DNA of 64,000 nt from Blasia pusilla (Eukaryota): the NCBI GenBank assembly GCA_050084515.1, contig CM114271.1:1922001-1986000 (forward strand), given 5' to 3'. Shown here in pieces: positions 34,438 through 48,398 of this stretch. The first letter of the stretch is position 1, and each line of letters starts with the position of its first letter. The notes beneath the pieces were generated by a model. It was not told the origin of the DNA and searched no databases. It saw only the letters and a program-made list of their open reading frames with translations. A program made the translations under genes and the position numbers.

Positions 34438-36484
34438 GAAGTGAGGACCTTTGGCCATATATGTGATCCTTTGTATGAGTTGTTGAGAAAGAAGAAGAAG
34501 TTGACTTGGGAGAATAAGCAAAGACCAGCAATAATGCAGTTGAAGGAGGCATTAAAGTCGCCACCAGTTCTACGACAAATGAGCTACGAATGCAGAAGAC
34601 CTATTATCATCACAGTAGACACTAGCCCTATTGCTATCAGATGGGTAGTTGGTCAGGATGACGCGGAAGGAAGAAGATTTGCGACAAGGTTTGGAGCTCA
34701 TACACTCACGAAATGACAAAGGAGGTACCCTCAAGTAAAGAGGGAGCTTTGGGGAGTTGTGACTGCAATGAAAGCTGAGAAGGAGTATCTTATGGGAGCC
34801 TATGTGTTGCTTGAGGTTGATTGTCTACCTCTGTTAGGAATGAATGCAAATTGTACAACTCCAGATATAGCCATGTTACTTTGGATAGCCTACATTAGGT
34901 CTTTGAATCAACAATTGAGGCACATAGTTGGAAAAGAGAACTCAGTAGTTGACATGTTATCTAGAGCTAGATTTAGTCAAGAAGATTATATGGAGGCAGC
35001 TAAGATAGATGAGGATGATGCATACGTGTGGCAAGTGTCATCGCGAGAACAAGGTGACATAGAGGATGTTCTAACCTTCAAAGAGAATTTGTATGAGGAC
35101 AGGTTAAAATAAATTGGGCACTATTTAAGCACTCTGCAAAGAGAAAGAGGGTAGACTGATAAGTTCTTCATGGAGATTCGGCTTAAGGCGTATGGCTCTC
35201 TCCTACAAGATGGATATCTTTGGAAAAGGTCAAAGAGGAGAGGTGGAATGCCCTTGAGGGTGATGGATGAGAATGGGACAAAAATATAAGTGCTCAAAGA
35301 ATTCCACAATTCTTTATGGGCAGGACACAGAGGTACTTGGGCAACTTTCACCAAGATAAAAGAGAGATATTGGTGGAAAGGCCTGTCTAAGGATGTTGAG
35401 AGATATGTTGGGTCATGTGTTGAATGTCAATTTCAATAAAAAAATCAGGGTGAGAGATGGACTTAAAACCCACGTATCCTTTGTCTATTCATCATCAATG
35501 GGTTATAGATCTAGTAGCTATGCCACTAGGTCTTTGGGGAATGCGCTACTTGGTCCTAGCACGAGAAGAGTTGTCCAATTTTATAGAAGGGAAGGCTTTA
35601 CGAGCTAAAAAAACAAAGCCTATATGTCGTTTTATTCTAGAGGATATAGTTGCTCGATATGGGAGTGTTGGGAGAATCCGTGCAGATAGAGGAGAGTTGA
35701 ATGCAGAGGAAGCACGAGATTTCTTCAAGAGGTATGGAGTCCAACTGAGATTAACAACCTCAATGAATCCGGAGGCAAACGGCAAGAGCGAAAGGGGACA
35801 TCCGCCAATCATTCAAGCATTGGTGAAGGCGTGTGGAGAGTGTTATGCTGATTGGCCTAGATTGTTTCCATTTGCTTTATGGGTAGATAGAACCACTCAC
35901 AGCACCGTTACAGGGTTCATACCTACAGAGTTGATGACATGTCAAAAGCCGATAACGCCAACAGGAGGAGATATTCCCATTTGGATGGGTTTGTTGTGGG
36001 AAGACGGGCTCGATAGGGAAGAGCTCCTAGCACTTTGAATGCAACAGCTAGAGCTGTGGGAAGAAGATACTGCAGAAGCATTAGTCAAAATGAAGGAAGC
36101 AAGGTTGAAAAATAAGAATCGCTTCGACAAAACTCATCGACTTTGGAAGGAGCCTATAAGGGAAGGAGATTGGGTCTTGGTGCACGACAACAGCCTTGAT
36201 AACCAGTATAGTACAATTAAGAAGTTTGCATGTCGTTGGTTTGGTCCATACGTTGTAGTTTTTGCTTTTGACAATGCCACTTACAAACTACGTGAACTAG
36301 ATGGCACAATTCTCAAGCTGTCCATTGTAGGAAAAAGGGTCAAGATTTTTCGTAGACACGAGGGATTTCTTGATTTCGATTCAATGTGTCTAGAGGCATA
36401 AAAAAAATGAGTCTAAGTAAAATAGCAAGAAGTCTCGATATTTTCGGCATATATCGGAGGATGTGCAGGTTTGGAGGGGGTGAA

Positions 36485-37746
36485 TGTCGAATAGTAAAAT
36501 CATCCGCTATGTAAACTCCTCTATCCTTAAGTGTTAGAGAAAGTTTTATTAGTATTAAGTAAATTAGCCTAGGAAAATGAAATTCCCATGCTTAAACCTC
36601 TTTAGGTTGATTCATTTGCGCGGGCCCAACTTTAGAAAAAGAGATAATAAATAAAAGATGGGATTAGAAAAGTAAATTAGTGGGGTTGGTGTTTTAATAA
36701 AACAAAAGCAAAAGTAGTCTTGGTTGGTGGCTAGGGTTGATGGGGTAGTTTGGAAGATATGAAAAGAGTAAAAGAAGATATTTTGGAAGAGATAAGAGGT
36801 CATCTACTTGTGTCAAAATGTGATTGGCTAAGCCTTGAAAGGAAGCCATATGGCAGAAGATAAGATTAGCCCTATTTCATATTCTTATGGATCTCTTGTG
36901 AGAATATAAAGAGGAGGTACCTCCAAGGGTTCATCACCTTCTATGTGTCACTCTTGGGTATATGGCTTTGGGATTGCTTGCTCTTCCAATGAGAGTGGAT
37001 TATCCCTCTTAGGAGAATAATTTGACCTTGGTATATTCTTCGAGAGGTTTCTAGAGTGTGATATATGTGGAGATGACATACTTGTCACCTTGGATGAATT
37101 TAGTTATACTATAAATAGAAGATGGTTTGGCTTGTTATTTTCCCAATGAGAGTGGATTACCCATCTTGGGAGAGAAACTCCGCCAAATCCCATTCTAGAG
37201 AAGAGGAGAGGATGTTTGTCAAGTATGGAGAGGGATGGAGCACGAATTATGCCGGATTTTCTTTTCCTCAACCCGTACCACGTTAAGATTCTCTTTGTAG
37301 ATAGGCACTGGTTTACTCGCTATCTAGTTTATCACTTTGGGGACGCGTTCATGAACCAAGTCATGCAATCTCTAACTCCGGTGATTCTTCCTATAGTCAC
37401 GTACGGAAGGACATGGGATTGCATTTTGTGTGTCCTTATGTAGCTATCTATGGACGTCAATACGCCTGCTCGAGTAGGGTTTAACACTAGTTGTTCTATT
37501 TTCCTTGTGTACAAATATAAAGTAGTTTACAAGGATTTCATAGTTAGGAATTTTGGGGTTTCATGTTATGAAGAAGTGATCGCCTTGGCACTATCTTTCG
37601 TGATTCCTGTCATGAGAGAATGGAGGGTTTACATAATAATTCTGAACTAAAAAAGGAGAAATTCTTATAGAATTTGACTTGCATCAACCATGTCTGCTGC
37701 AACTAGAAGGTCCACCCTTACTCGAAGAAAGACTCTCGATACGACA
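36485..37746 (+). repeat. Putative LTR of the truncated Ty3/gypsy element
   Basis: Follows the PPT; 5-bp terminal inverted repeat TGTCG/CGACA. Only one copy in the window, so the boundary is inferred. Confidence 0.6.
37216..37650 (+). pseudogene. Unknown ~140-aa accessory ORF (one in-frame stop)
   Basis: 37216-37443 and 37450-37650 are in the same frame; homologous to 27068-27500. Confidence 0.65.
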
Positions 37747-40700
37747 GCGGGAAAACCTCACCAATGTGGGAAAGGCTTCCCGTGGCATGCCAATCGTGTT
37801 TGCCACAATCAACGGCAGTCAATCATCTAGCCTCACTGCTTGTGATTGACGGCCCGGATCCAATATAAAATCCACCAACAAATTGGAGGGGCGCTCCACT
37901 CTCGCATATGCCCTCCGCAACACCTCTTGTGGTACCAAGTTGGTCCACCAAAGACGCGGGCAATGTGCTCGTGAACCCACACTCGCCGCATCCAAAAAAA
38001 ATGCCAGGCCGATCCAAGTGTGCACATGATCTGTACTTGTCACCATACGGGACCTCGAATCGCCCAAAATTGGTACATTCTCCAGAATGTATGCTGGACG
38101 ATGAGATTGATGCTCCTGCAAGTGTCGCAAGATCCGCATCATCTCCCAAAACCATCTAGACCGAGAGTCAGCTAATCCGCTACCCCGTCCAACACTCGAC
38201 TGGCCGTGACATGGCAAACCAGCAATGACCAAGTCTATGGTCCCTACCCGCTTCAAGTGCTATGCCCCCAACAATGAAATGTCCCTCGGTAGGGAACTCT
38301 GGTAACCCTGAATGACGGACGTAGACAACAAGTTGGGAAAACGAAGGCGTAATTGTGCCACATGGTGAAGTGAAGCGCGCCTTGCAACATTATCAATCTC
38401 CATATACATGTATTTTTGCAGGCGCACTGTAGATTGCAAAACAACAGCTAACCAAGTGTTGATCCCTCCAAAGAGATCCAACACCCGAATACCCTTCTGT
38501 AGGATGCACCACACAATCGGGATGGTATCCAAAGAGGTCATAGCAGCACTCCTGGCTACCTGGCGTTCCTCTGACCTGTCACACTCTGGTGCAAACGTCT
38601 CGCTCCATGCGGTGTGCATATGCTTAGTGGCTACGCGTCGAAGCTTCTCAATCGAGCCCCAAAGCGGCACCTCTCCTCCTTGGATTGATGCAGCTACCAT
38701 GACACTCCTCTCCATAGAAATGTTAGGAATGGGAGTATCCTTTGCATGGACATGTCCCTGAATCAAATCACTGGGCCAAGTGATGGCACTACTAAATGTT
38801 GCTAAGGTCGCCATCTCTCCTCGATGTCGCTCGATCACTGCACTTGTGAATCCAACGGCTAATGAGCTAAGGCGCCCATCTCTTGACTGCCATTTTGGTC
38901 TATAGGACGATGACTCCTCCAAGTAATCTAGGGAAAACCCCATCGAATATAACATTGTTCCACTAACCAAGACATTGTAGGACTCTACATCAGTTACTAT
39001 CACCTTGGCTTGCACCACGGACTCATCTGTAGGATGTACCAGGCGAATCCTCACCACGACCTCTTGTCGGGTGATATATACTGTGTGGTACTTGCTCCAC
39101 CCAAGGATGTCTGTATGCGGAATGGAAAATGCTCTACATCGGCTCTCGTCAAGCCCAATCCTTTGAATGACGCTTTTCCCAACATCAGGGGTTGCGCTCC
39201 TAAATCCAACAAGACACGCTGCGGACTAAAAGCTCTACCTCTTGGACTCACCAACAAGAAGACCTCTCCCCGGTTATCCAACAACACAACACTAGGAGAA
39301 GCCATGGCACACTCTATCGCGGGTTTAGCGGGCATCTCCGCCATCCTTGCAGCCGCAACCTACCATAATTCTGATGTGAACGGCCTGAGCATCCGCTCCA
39401 AGGGTAGGTCCATCACCTCCTCTCCAATCACCTCTGAGCGTGATGCAGGAACTCCTACTCCACGCTCAGATAGCATAGCGACCAACCGGAAAATCTCGAC
39501 GGGCATACCTCCCAACATCATAACATCAGAAGTAGTAAACAGCGGAGTACAGTACACCATCATGGCTACCCCCAACATCGTACTCGACACGTGCTCCTCT
39601 TGAGCATCAGCAATAGGAGTCATCGCACTTGCTTTTCCTATTGCCCTCCGTGCCTACACACCAATAACATCACCAACTCTCCTAGAACTCTGATCAGAAC
39701 CCATCGATGGGGTCCTCCTTGCCTCGGAAAACGTGAAATACTGAGGTAGCATGGTCTATTGCCTAGCTTCACCTCGTTGTGGATCCAACTCTACGGCTGC
39801 TCCACGCGTCACAACTACGGTGGCCTCCATTTGGGCAACCCGGCACATCCAATCAGGATCCTCTATATCTCTGGATGCTCCATATGATGTCGATGCCATA
39901 GATCCGGCATCGGGTAACCTCAATGCCATAGCGGCAATCTGCTCCTATAGCTGCTGTATCTGAGCAGCCATCCCAGCCTCACACCTGGCGTCTCCCTCGA
40001 TGCGTCTAGGTGATGGGACTCTACCTCATCCATGGGCAGCTTCACCACCCTGTTGGACAACTCCAGCTCCTCGTTCCCCAACGATATCACCTGGTGCACA
40101 ATCTCTAGTCCACCCAGATCGGCTACTCGCTCTGGTGCCCTCTCTGGCCCTCGATTCGGACATAACTTAGGGTGTAAACTGAAACACCTGGCGCGTGTTT
40201 GACCATACCTCTGTCATACTAAACGCACCATCTCCTCCTCCATGTTGAGGCATACGTCCATGATCCTGATGAGTGCAATCACGCTGATGATGAGCTCCAC
40301 CACATGACCCACAAGAAATCGTAGGTGGTTTCTACTGAGCCGCATATGAAGGCGCTCGTCTCTGTAGCACGGCCTCCCTAAGCTTGTGGTGCCACAGTCG
40401 ACCTATCTCGGAGTCCACGTTGTTGTACTAGTGATGCAGACAATCGTGACTGGTCTCGCCTAGAACCCATGGTGGCTACGCTCTCCCCCGCCATGTTGCG
40501 CTGAATGTTCTCGACGGTCCTAAAAAAATCTTTCAAGGTATAAGTAGGGAAGGTGTTCCTAAGAAGCATCCCCTCCCGCACCCGTGTTCGCAAGGTTCGA
40601 TCCAGCATCGCATACCATGACTGGATAGCCTGAGCCTCTCTCACCCACTGAGTGACGTTGATCAGCCGGCGCAAGCGAGTGTAAGCCTCACAAAAACTTT

Positions 40701-41350
40701 CACCCGGGCACCTCTGGAAGTCGTGGATGCTCCGCAACTTCTCCGTACGTACCCCTTGGTAGCTCGCACTCAACTCAATGAAGAACTCAACCACGGGGTT
40801 GAACCTTGGACGAACCCAACTAGATGGTGCAACTGCTCCAGTGCAACTGACCCTCCTAAAACATCACTAGTGGAAGTGGAAGTAGCCTCTCTTGACTCCT
40901 CCTCCTCATCTGGGAACGGCTCTGTCCATGACACATAGTGTGGGTCATAGTAGAGTCGTCATGCCTCAATCTCCTAGGCATATATGTGGGAGAACTCATG
41001 GTAATCGTCCATGGGCGTCCCCTCTAAATGCTAGAATACACCGTTCCATGTTGTAAACAGGTTAAACTCTCTAGAGTTCCTAGCCCGCTGTGAGTCAAAC
41101 CAACCCCTAAACTCCGCAATGAAGTCGTGTAGCTCTATAGTGCCTACAACACCCGAAAACCTACGCGGTCCTCTATCTCGGTCGTCCATCTCGTATGCCC
41201 AACTGGTAGGACCACTCAATGTGTACTGTGGATCACTAACACACTCCTCCATATGCTCCCCCTCGTGTGAAGATGACACAGAAGGAGATCGTGGTGGTCT
41301 CTTACGTGGAGACCCTCGAAACCTTGCACCACTCCGGGTAAACCCTCACG
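37747..41350 (-). pseudogene. El-3 Gag, protease and DNMT3-like domain (DNMT 3' part deleted)
   Basis: GTIELHDFIAEF; RVLLDLGAQPL; IRVLDLFGGINT, YMYMEID, DLVIAGLPCHGQ, YILENVPILGD, LDAASVGSRAHCPRLWWTNL. Confidence 0.9.
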
Positions 41351-44300
41351 AGCTACTCTCAGGTCCATTACCTCGCCTCTCAAAATCCCGAAAGGACTTC
41401 GTGATGGCCCTCGTGCCCCTCTCACACGATCACTCTCAATCTCGCACATAATCCCTCAATCACTAAAACTAAGCATGCGGCACTCAATCTACACTCTCTC
41501 ACTAAGATGTGTGTTGTGCGGCAACAAGCGGCGCGGTCCTTCAAATCAACTCATCTTTCATCTCATCGATAAACCATCCTCAACTATGGACATCCCACAC
41601 AGGTCTATGTCCCCTAAACTCATACATCATCGATGCTCTCAAGATCAACACGAAACCCAATATTCTAAATAACTTCCCAATACCCGGAAATCCCTTGCAC
41701 GTGTAGGGTAAGAGACCAAAATGGATAACCTGACAATAATGTTGATGTCGCTCCTCGGCAACTGAAAATCTCAACCCCAACTTGGTCATGAAGACAACTC
41801 CTCCAATCAGCAAGTTGTACTCCACTCATACTGACGCTGCTCAAACCTCCTTGATGTGCGGTGCACGTCCAACAATCACAAAACGGAACGGCTACAAACG
41901 GAACGACACTCGGGAATAGGGTGCGGCACTCGACGACATACCCTCCTCAATCAGCAATTCACACGCTCTACTCCATAGTGAAGGAGCGGCTCCGTGAACG
42001 AGACGGTGCGGTGTGGCCACGAGCGGCACGCCGCGGCAATCGGCGGCGCGTTGCAGCTACAAGCGTCACGGCACAGTACTTGATCGTCGTCGAGTGGCTA
42101 CCAATCACAATATAGCAACATGAAATGAAAAATCAAACACTATAACCTGAGGTCACCTGCCATCACTGGTTGATGACAAAAATGCAATGACGGTGGCGGC
42201 CAAAATAAATTACGTGATGGCGGCGCAAGTCAGAGAATCAACGATCGTCGTGGAAGACCCTCTACTCCTTAATGGCGGCCATGGCAACCAAGGGTGGACA
42301 ACAGCCGAATGCAGCTCTGAGCAACGCTAGGCGGTGGCGGTGGCGGCGGCCGATGGTGGATCATTGACGGTGACAATTCACCGTTGATGGCGGACCGTTG
42401 ATGGTGACTATGACGGCGATGGCCGCCGCCGGCATGACGGCTGATTTAGGGTTTGAACAATTTAACCCTAAAAATTGTCTAGCAATGGCAGTTTTGCAAG
42501 ATTGACCATAACATTTTTCTCACAACTCCAAATTGTGCAGTCTATTGCACAACGTAAACAACTTCACGATCTACGACGAAGTCAAACAATATTTTGAATC
42601 AAACATTCCAGTAAAAATTGACGGGGACTATTGTAAAGCTCAATGTCTCTTTCTCTTACACAAAATTTGGCAGGGCTTCCACGTTGCTTTCTCCCAATAA
42701 AAATGTAATATATGTGAGAACATAAATCAGAAAACTACGTGGTGCTCCCAAGAGCTCCATCCAGGAGCAATCCGCCCCCATACTCAAATCCTATCGAAAA
42801 TTGGGCAGCGATTCCGCGTGCCACTCTCTCATACAAAAAATCAGCAAAGCAAAACAGCAAACTCGCAGGACTCTTGCTCCAATGAGCAATCCCATGAGCC
42901 ATGAAGCGGGGAACATGATCCCCCAACCTACACCAAACATCGAGCAACCAGCAAGCTCCCCTGTGAAGCTCTCTCACTCACTCATTCTCTCTTTGTAAAA
43001 TAAGATCAAATCTCTCTCACAACACCATAGTTGTCACATGTGTGCACTCTCACATGTCTCTCTTAATGTCAAACCAAACCCACTCTCCTAATGAAAGGCT
43101 TGGATTACACTCACAAGGCAAGGCACCATAGCTCTGCCGCCTCGTGCCAAGAGGTTCAACAAAGAGAGAATGAGTTCTCAAACTCTCTCTCCTTGATGTA
43201 TATCCTTCTCGTCCCCCAAGCTCTCTCCATGGTAATCTATGCTCCCAAGTCACCTCCTTGGCTCTTGACCTGATGTAGGAGGTCAAGGGCCATTGAACAA
43301 AAATAGAAAGTCGACCATATACTCAAAATGGTACTTACCTAAAATAGTAAGTTCCTAAATATGGCTCCAAATGAGCCGAAACGAAGGTGAAACCTGCTCT
43401 CTCAGGTTTCCCGGGGCCTCAGCAAGTCATCCTTGACCTCTTGAGCATGTCCTCCACTACTCGAGAAGGCACTCTACTAGATCTCACCGATCTATCCTAA
43501 AAGACGTGATAAGATAATTTGTCTTCATTGTACATATCTCTAAGTATATAAAGGAAGAGGAGAGGCCTCCAGGGGCATTCTACTTTTGAGCAACTCTAGA
43601 GTGGTCCCGTAAGCTGGAGAGTTACAGCAGTCTAAACATGATGTGGCAAGTTGGAGAGCAAGGTGTTGAGAGAATTGAAAGATGTGACAATCTTGCATCC
43701 AACCTCATTTATATTGAATGAGGCTTTTAAGTTGTATGGACCACATTGATTGCATGACCGAGGAGAGAGCATTATGGCCATACTTTCAAGAGGTTCTTCA
43801 TCCTACATCTTGTAACCTCATGAATGCTTAGAGAGGGTGCACGGGAGAATCAAAAAATATGACAAAACAAAATATGACAAAATCACTTAAATATATTAAT
43901 AATATTTGAGGTACAAAGTGGTCAAGTCCGTCTGTACGCTCATAGAAGAGCTTTGATGGAAATTGAATATGAAGATAAGTTGACATGCAAGAATGCGCTA
44001 CCGCGGCGGCTCCCTACTATTTGACTACTCGGGAAACTAGGATTTGCCTATTTTTCTTTATTTCTATTTATACAAAATTTTGTATCAGGGTGCTCTAATC
44101 CTGGTAATGCTACTCTACAAACCACCTACGTCATAGTACTATGACTTCTTCGACGTATAAGTCGGAATCATCAATCTAGGATTCTCCTCATATGAAGGGG
44201 CCGATAAGATTAATGATGCTGAGAAAAGCAGATGTTGAGAATCCAACAAAAATGGAGAGGAGTCCAAGGCCATAGAGCAAGTCATTATACATGAGGATGA

Positions 44301-46039
44301 AGTAGCAAGTATGCTTGTGACCAGGGAAAATGCTCAATACATGAATAAGTCGAGGGGAATCAAAGTTGAGAGGCTAGGATGCATGGACGTTTAGAAAGAG
44401 TCGTTAAGCAATGATATTGAAGTGATCCAATGCCAGGTTGGCGATATCTACATCATATATCTAGAGCATGTATAGACATATACAATCCTAAATAGATATG
44501 TGGGGTTGGGAGATAGAGAAATTCACTGTGATTATTAGTAGTAGAGATGAATATGAAGTTGGGGTTAACTACTAGATATACCATACTTACTTTGTTTGAG
44601 GCAATGAGGACTTCATTAACGGGTCTCGATCAGACATCCTGTAGGTTTGATGTTTGTGGTGTATAAATACGACCACTAATGGGATATGTGAGTATCTTGA
44701 AATCCATTATGAGTGCTTAGGAGGAGTCTATGTTGTGTGTTGTGGTGGGAGTGGCAATTTCGTGTATCTTCCCATGGACGAGAGTTGCCTTTCCTTTATG
44801 GGCCTTGATTGCAAAGCTTTGACAAAGTGCTAACGATCACGTGTACACAACTTGCATTGGAGTGAGGTGGGGCTTTGAAGTGGGTCAAAGAAGCCCAAGG
44901 TAATAGAGAGTGTTACGTATGTTGTCATCCTTGGATACCAAATTGATTATGTGGAAATATCCAAGGAGGATGTGAGAGTATTGGATGTCTATAGAAGGAT
45001 CAATGTTTATGGGCATTGATCCAAAAATGTGACTTATAGGGTCTTTGCGTATAATAGTACTTCTATGTGGAGCGAGATTGAGCTTGCAAAATGAGTCTCA
45101 CTTTAACATTTAACTTATATTTCACACCCTCTTATCGATGGTACAAATGTAGGGTTACATAGCTTCTTGACTAAGGGCATATATCTGATTGTTTGGGGGT
45201 ATCATCGAGACCAAATTGATACCATCCATTTAATGATTTTATGTTGGCCAAATCAAGGTTAGTTGAGTGCTACATGAGGGGATGGCTGGGGAGATCCCAT
45301 ATCCATGTTGTTTTTGGAGATGTCATAGATCTTGTGACTTTTGCAAGAGCATTAGTCTCATTCTATAACTCACATTCTAGAGAAAGTACCACTTTTTTCA
45401 CTCTCGAGCATGGTATATGACAATGATATGGACACAGCCTTGATTCACAACAGTAGTTGTGTGATTCCACAAGTCAAATATCCTAATGTTCATTGGAGTT
45501 TCATTACAAATTTCCTATTCAAGTACATCGCCCTTGTATATTCATAAAAAATCCATCCATTTCACTTCAAAAAAATATACATGCATGTATATTGTAAGGA
45601 AATTCCACGATTTACTTCCTTTCCTCATTATGGCCCCTACTAAACCCATGTATTTCCATTTCTAGCTACTTTTAGGCAAAGAGCCACTTATATACATAGC
45701 CATAAGTGTGCTTTTCTTTGGACTTAGTATTCACTTAACACTATAGTATGATATATGTATTATATGTTCTCTTACATATCAAATTATGCTAATTTAAACT
45801 CCACAATGAAGTTCCTATTAGTATACATTGCCCCTTCATATTCTTCACCAATCCTTCAATTTCACTCAAATAAGTGAAATTTTTTCCTTCCTCATTTCTC
45901 TTCCATAGGTTTTCACATTTCCATAGGCTCCAAGGAAATTCCAGCTAGAATTTTTGTGTTACATTCACTTCACTAATTTTGTGCCGGTGTTTATGTTAGA
46001 AATATTTTAATTGCAATAGCTCGGGATGGATCTTTTCAA

Positions 46040-46220
46040 TCTATCTATATATTAATTGGAGGATGCAATTTCTTTTTTATAATTACTCTTGTATCTAACA
46101 CGTGTTACGAGACTTCTTTCAAAAATATTTTTGGTCATTTAAAGGGGTCGTGTAAAAATTAGTAAGGAGAGTTATGACTAAACATGAACTATTAATAAAG
46201 GATCCGTGCATCGCCCGGTC
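46040..46220 (+). mobile_element. Small non-autonomous Helitron-like repeat (family with 47583-47788 and 62650-62832)
   Basis: TCTATATATTAATTGGAGGATG start and CCGTGCATCGCCCGG near the end; collinear with the other two copies. CTAG end not evident. Confidence 0.6.
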
Positions 46221-46733
46221 TGTTACTCCTCACATATTCTTACCAATGCATATTTTTCTAAATTCTATGCCTTCCAACTTGCAACTCGATTTGCCTTCTA
46301 CAAGAGAATTTGATGCGACTCCAAGACATAGGTTTCAAGAACTCTAATGTGCATTATTTCACCACTAATGCACGTGTCACCTAAGTTATCCGGGTCACAG
46401 TCGTTTTACAACACTAAAGTCTCCTTAACGCTTGCCATTTTTCACCAGATCTCATTTCCCTTATTCTTAAAAATAAGAAAACCTAGTGTAACCCTAAGGG
46501 TTTCAGCCACCACCCATTGCAACTCAAAGTTCCACTAACCTCATTTTGTCGTGAATATGCGGAGATTGTGTCGCCGACTCGTTGCTAAATTCGGGTCTTA
46601 TGGGAGAAGACATTGAAGAAGATCTTGGGATGTGCAAAGGGGACGTCGAAAGGCTCGCATGCATTCGAGCAGTCATTACAATCCAGTTTCCGAGCAGGAT
46701 TGGAAGAGAGCAGAGCGGAGGTAGCAGCAGAAG

Positions 46734-46950
46734 CACTGTGCGCTGCGTTTGCTCCAGGACTTAGAAAGAAAGAAGGAATCACAAGTACTGTGCGCTGCGT
46801 TTGCTCCAGGAGGTAGAAAGAAAGAAAGAAGCAATCACAAGAACTGTGCGCTGCGTCTGCTCCAGGAGATAGAAAGAAAGAATCACAAGAACTGTGCGCT
46901 GCGTTTGCTCCAGGAGGTAGAAAAAGAAAGAAAGAAAGAATCACAAGAAC
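46734..46950 (+). repeat. Tandem repeat, about 4 units of ~50 bp (ACTGTGCGCTGCGTTTGCTCCAGGA...AATCACAAG)
   Basis: Seen directly in the sequence. Confidence 0.85.
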
Positions 46951-47582
46951 CTAGATGAAGAGCAAAGCTCAAGAGAGCGTCTTCCTTGGATAGGGAAGAT
47001 TCTACTCTACAACAGCGCATTCCTTCCCGCTTTCGCAACGTTCATGACGGACTGAGGACCTGTAGGAAGAAGATTGGATTGGAACCTTACTATTACTATT
47101 CAATTTCAACCGCAAGGCTACGTTAGCAAAGGTGAGAGAGTGTTGACCTTACTTCATCGGGAGCACTGTTGTTGTTGTTGTGGAGGGTGTTAATCCAAAC
47201 TTCGTTCGACTGGCTGTTCTGTTGACGACATGGATTCCCAACATCTACCGATTTCTTCGCATCCCATAGATACATATACCTACGAAGTTGGCGTATTACG
47301 TATTTGATAATCGTTACGTTACATAGTTACAATACATTGTAACTATGTAGTGTAATCGGAGAGTAAGTGAGAGAAACTTGTAAAATCATGACATTTAAAT
47401 TTAGGGCTAGAGAAAGTTGATGGTAGTGGAATTGAAAGTTGCCTGCCATACATACTTCTGAAAATTTTCATAAAAGATGAATATAGTATTAAACCAAAAT
47501 TATTTTCTTCTTCCTTGGAGGGCATTTAGCTTTAGGGTACATTAGGGATGAGAGAATGGAGAATTAGTGAGGGATGAGAGAA

Positions 47583-47788
47583 TCTATATTCTAATTGTAG
47601 GATGTAGTTTTCTTAAGTTCCTCCTATGGAAGGAAGACTCTCTTAAGTTTTGGTGCATCTCTCTATTTGACACTTGTCACTAAACTTCTCTCAAAAATAT
47701 TTTTGTCACCTTACCAAGTCTGAAAATTGGTAGAGAGAGTGAAGTTAATAATCAGGGCATTGCGCGGTCCCTTGCGGGTCCTAACTAG
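47583..47788 (+). mobile_element. Small non-autonomous Helitron
   Basis: A|TC start, GC-rich subterminal segment, CTAG|T end. Confidence 0.65.
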
Positions 47789-48100
47789 TGGAGAATTAAG
47801 AGAGGCTCCATTACTTTAAATCTGATGTATACAAGATTTATCACTCCAACCAGAATTGACTCTTCCGTATATATATCCCTAGTCATTTTAAACCCGTACT
47901 CCTTCACAAATTCTATTCACGTAACCAAATTTCTCCTCTAGTGGCAGATGATAAATAGCATGGTTTAAAACATGAAAATAATATAAATATTTTTAATTAT
48001 CGGAGAGGGGTCATTTTGAGAAATCTTGATACCATACATCACACGAACATCTACCGGTTACTAATTAATTGGAGCACTTTCGAAATCAAAAAAATATACT

Positions 48101-48398
48101 TCTACCTATATAAATAAAAGACGATGAGGTTAGAAGAAAACCTTCATAAATTTATACCTATATAATTAAAAGAGGATGAGGTTAGAAAAAAACCCTCCTA
48201 GATGCTATCTAGTGTCCTCTAAGGGTTCTTATGGTGTTGACAAGACAATTTAATAAAAAGAATTATATGAAAAATGAGACTATTCTATGAAGAAGGGAAA
48301 AGAGACCCCATACACACAAAATTTGAAGATCTCTCGCTCCAATAGTTTAGCCTAAATATTTATCGACGAACCCGTAAGATGCGTGGGTTAGGTACTAG
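48101..48398 (+). mobile_element. Small non-autonomous Helitron-like element
   Basis: TC start with a duplicated 5' segment; AACCC...GGGTT hairpin then CTAG|T. Confidence 0.55.

Larger units (their letters stand above)
34438..37746 (+). mobile_element. 5'-truncated Ty3/gypsy element (RNase H, integrase, 3' LTR) inserted in El-3
   Basis: TVDTSPIAI...DMLSR; WVIDLV, RADRGE, NGKSERGH; WFGPY. PPT GGAGGGGG, then LTR TGTCG (36485)...CGACA (37746). El-3 DNMT resumes at 37747; about 1 kb of El-3 was lost together with the 5' part of this insert. Confidence 0.82.
30915..43511 (-). mobile_element. El-3: close relative of El-1, inserted in the chromovirus 3' LTR and itself interrupted
   Basis: Repeats A1 42996-43511, B1 31565-31692, A2 31044-31562, B2 30915-31043. 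Flanks AGGT/AGAT correspond to the single AGCT site in the uninterrupted 5' LTR (GGTAG-AGCT-AATTTG), i.e. a 4-bp TSD. Confidence 0.92.

Noticed and set aside
43255-43400. Hammerhead ribozyme in repeat A (CTGATG..., GAAAC motifs)
   Set aside because: No complete CUGANGA core with correctly placed stems on either strand by eye; an Infernal search would settle it.
43630-45450. Additional retroelement here and at ~24600-26600
   Set aside because: The composition suggests very old TE debris, but I could not identify termini or reliable motifs.
46734-46950. CRISPR-like array
   Set aside because: The intervening sequences are related A/G-rich slippage variants rather than unique spacers; eukaryotic context and no cas genes.
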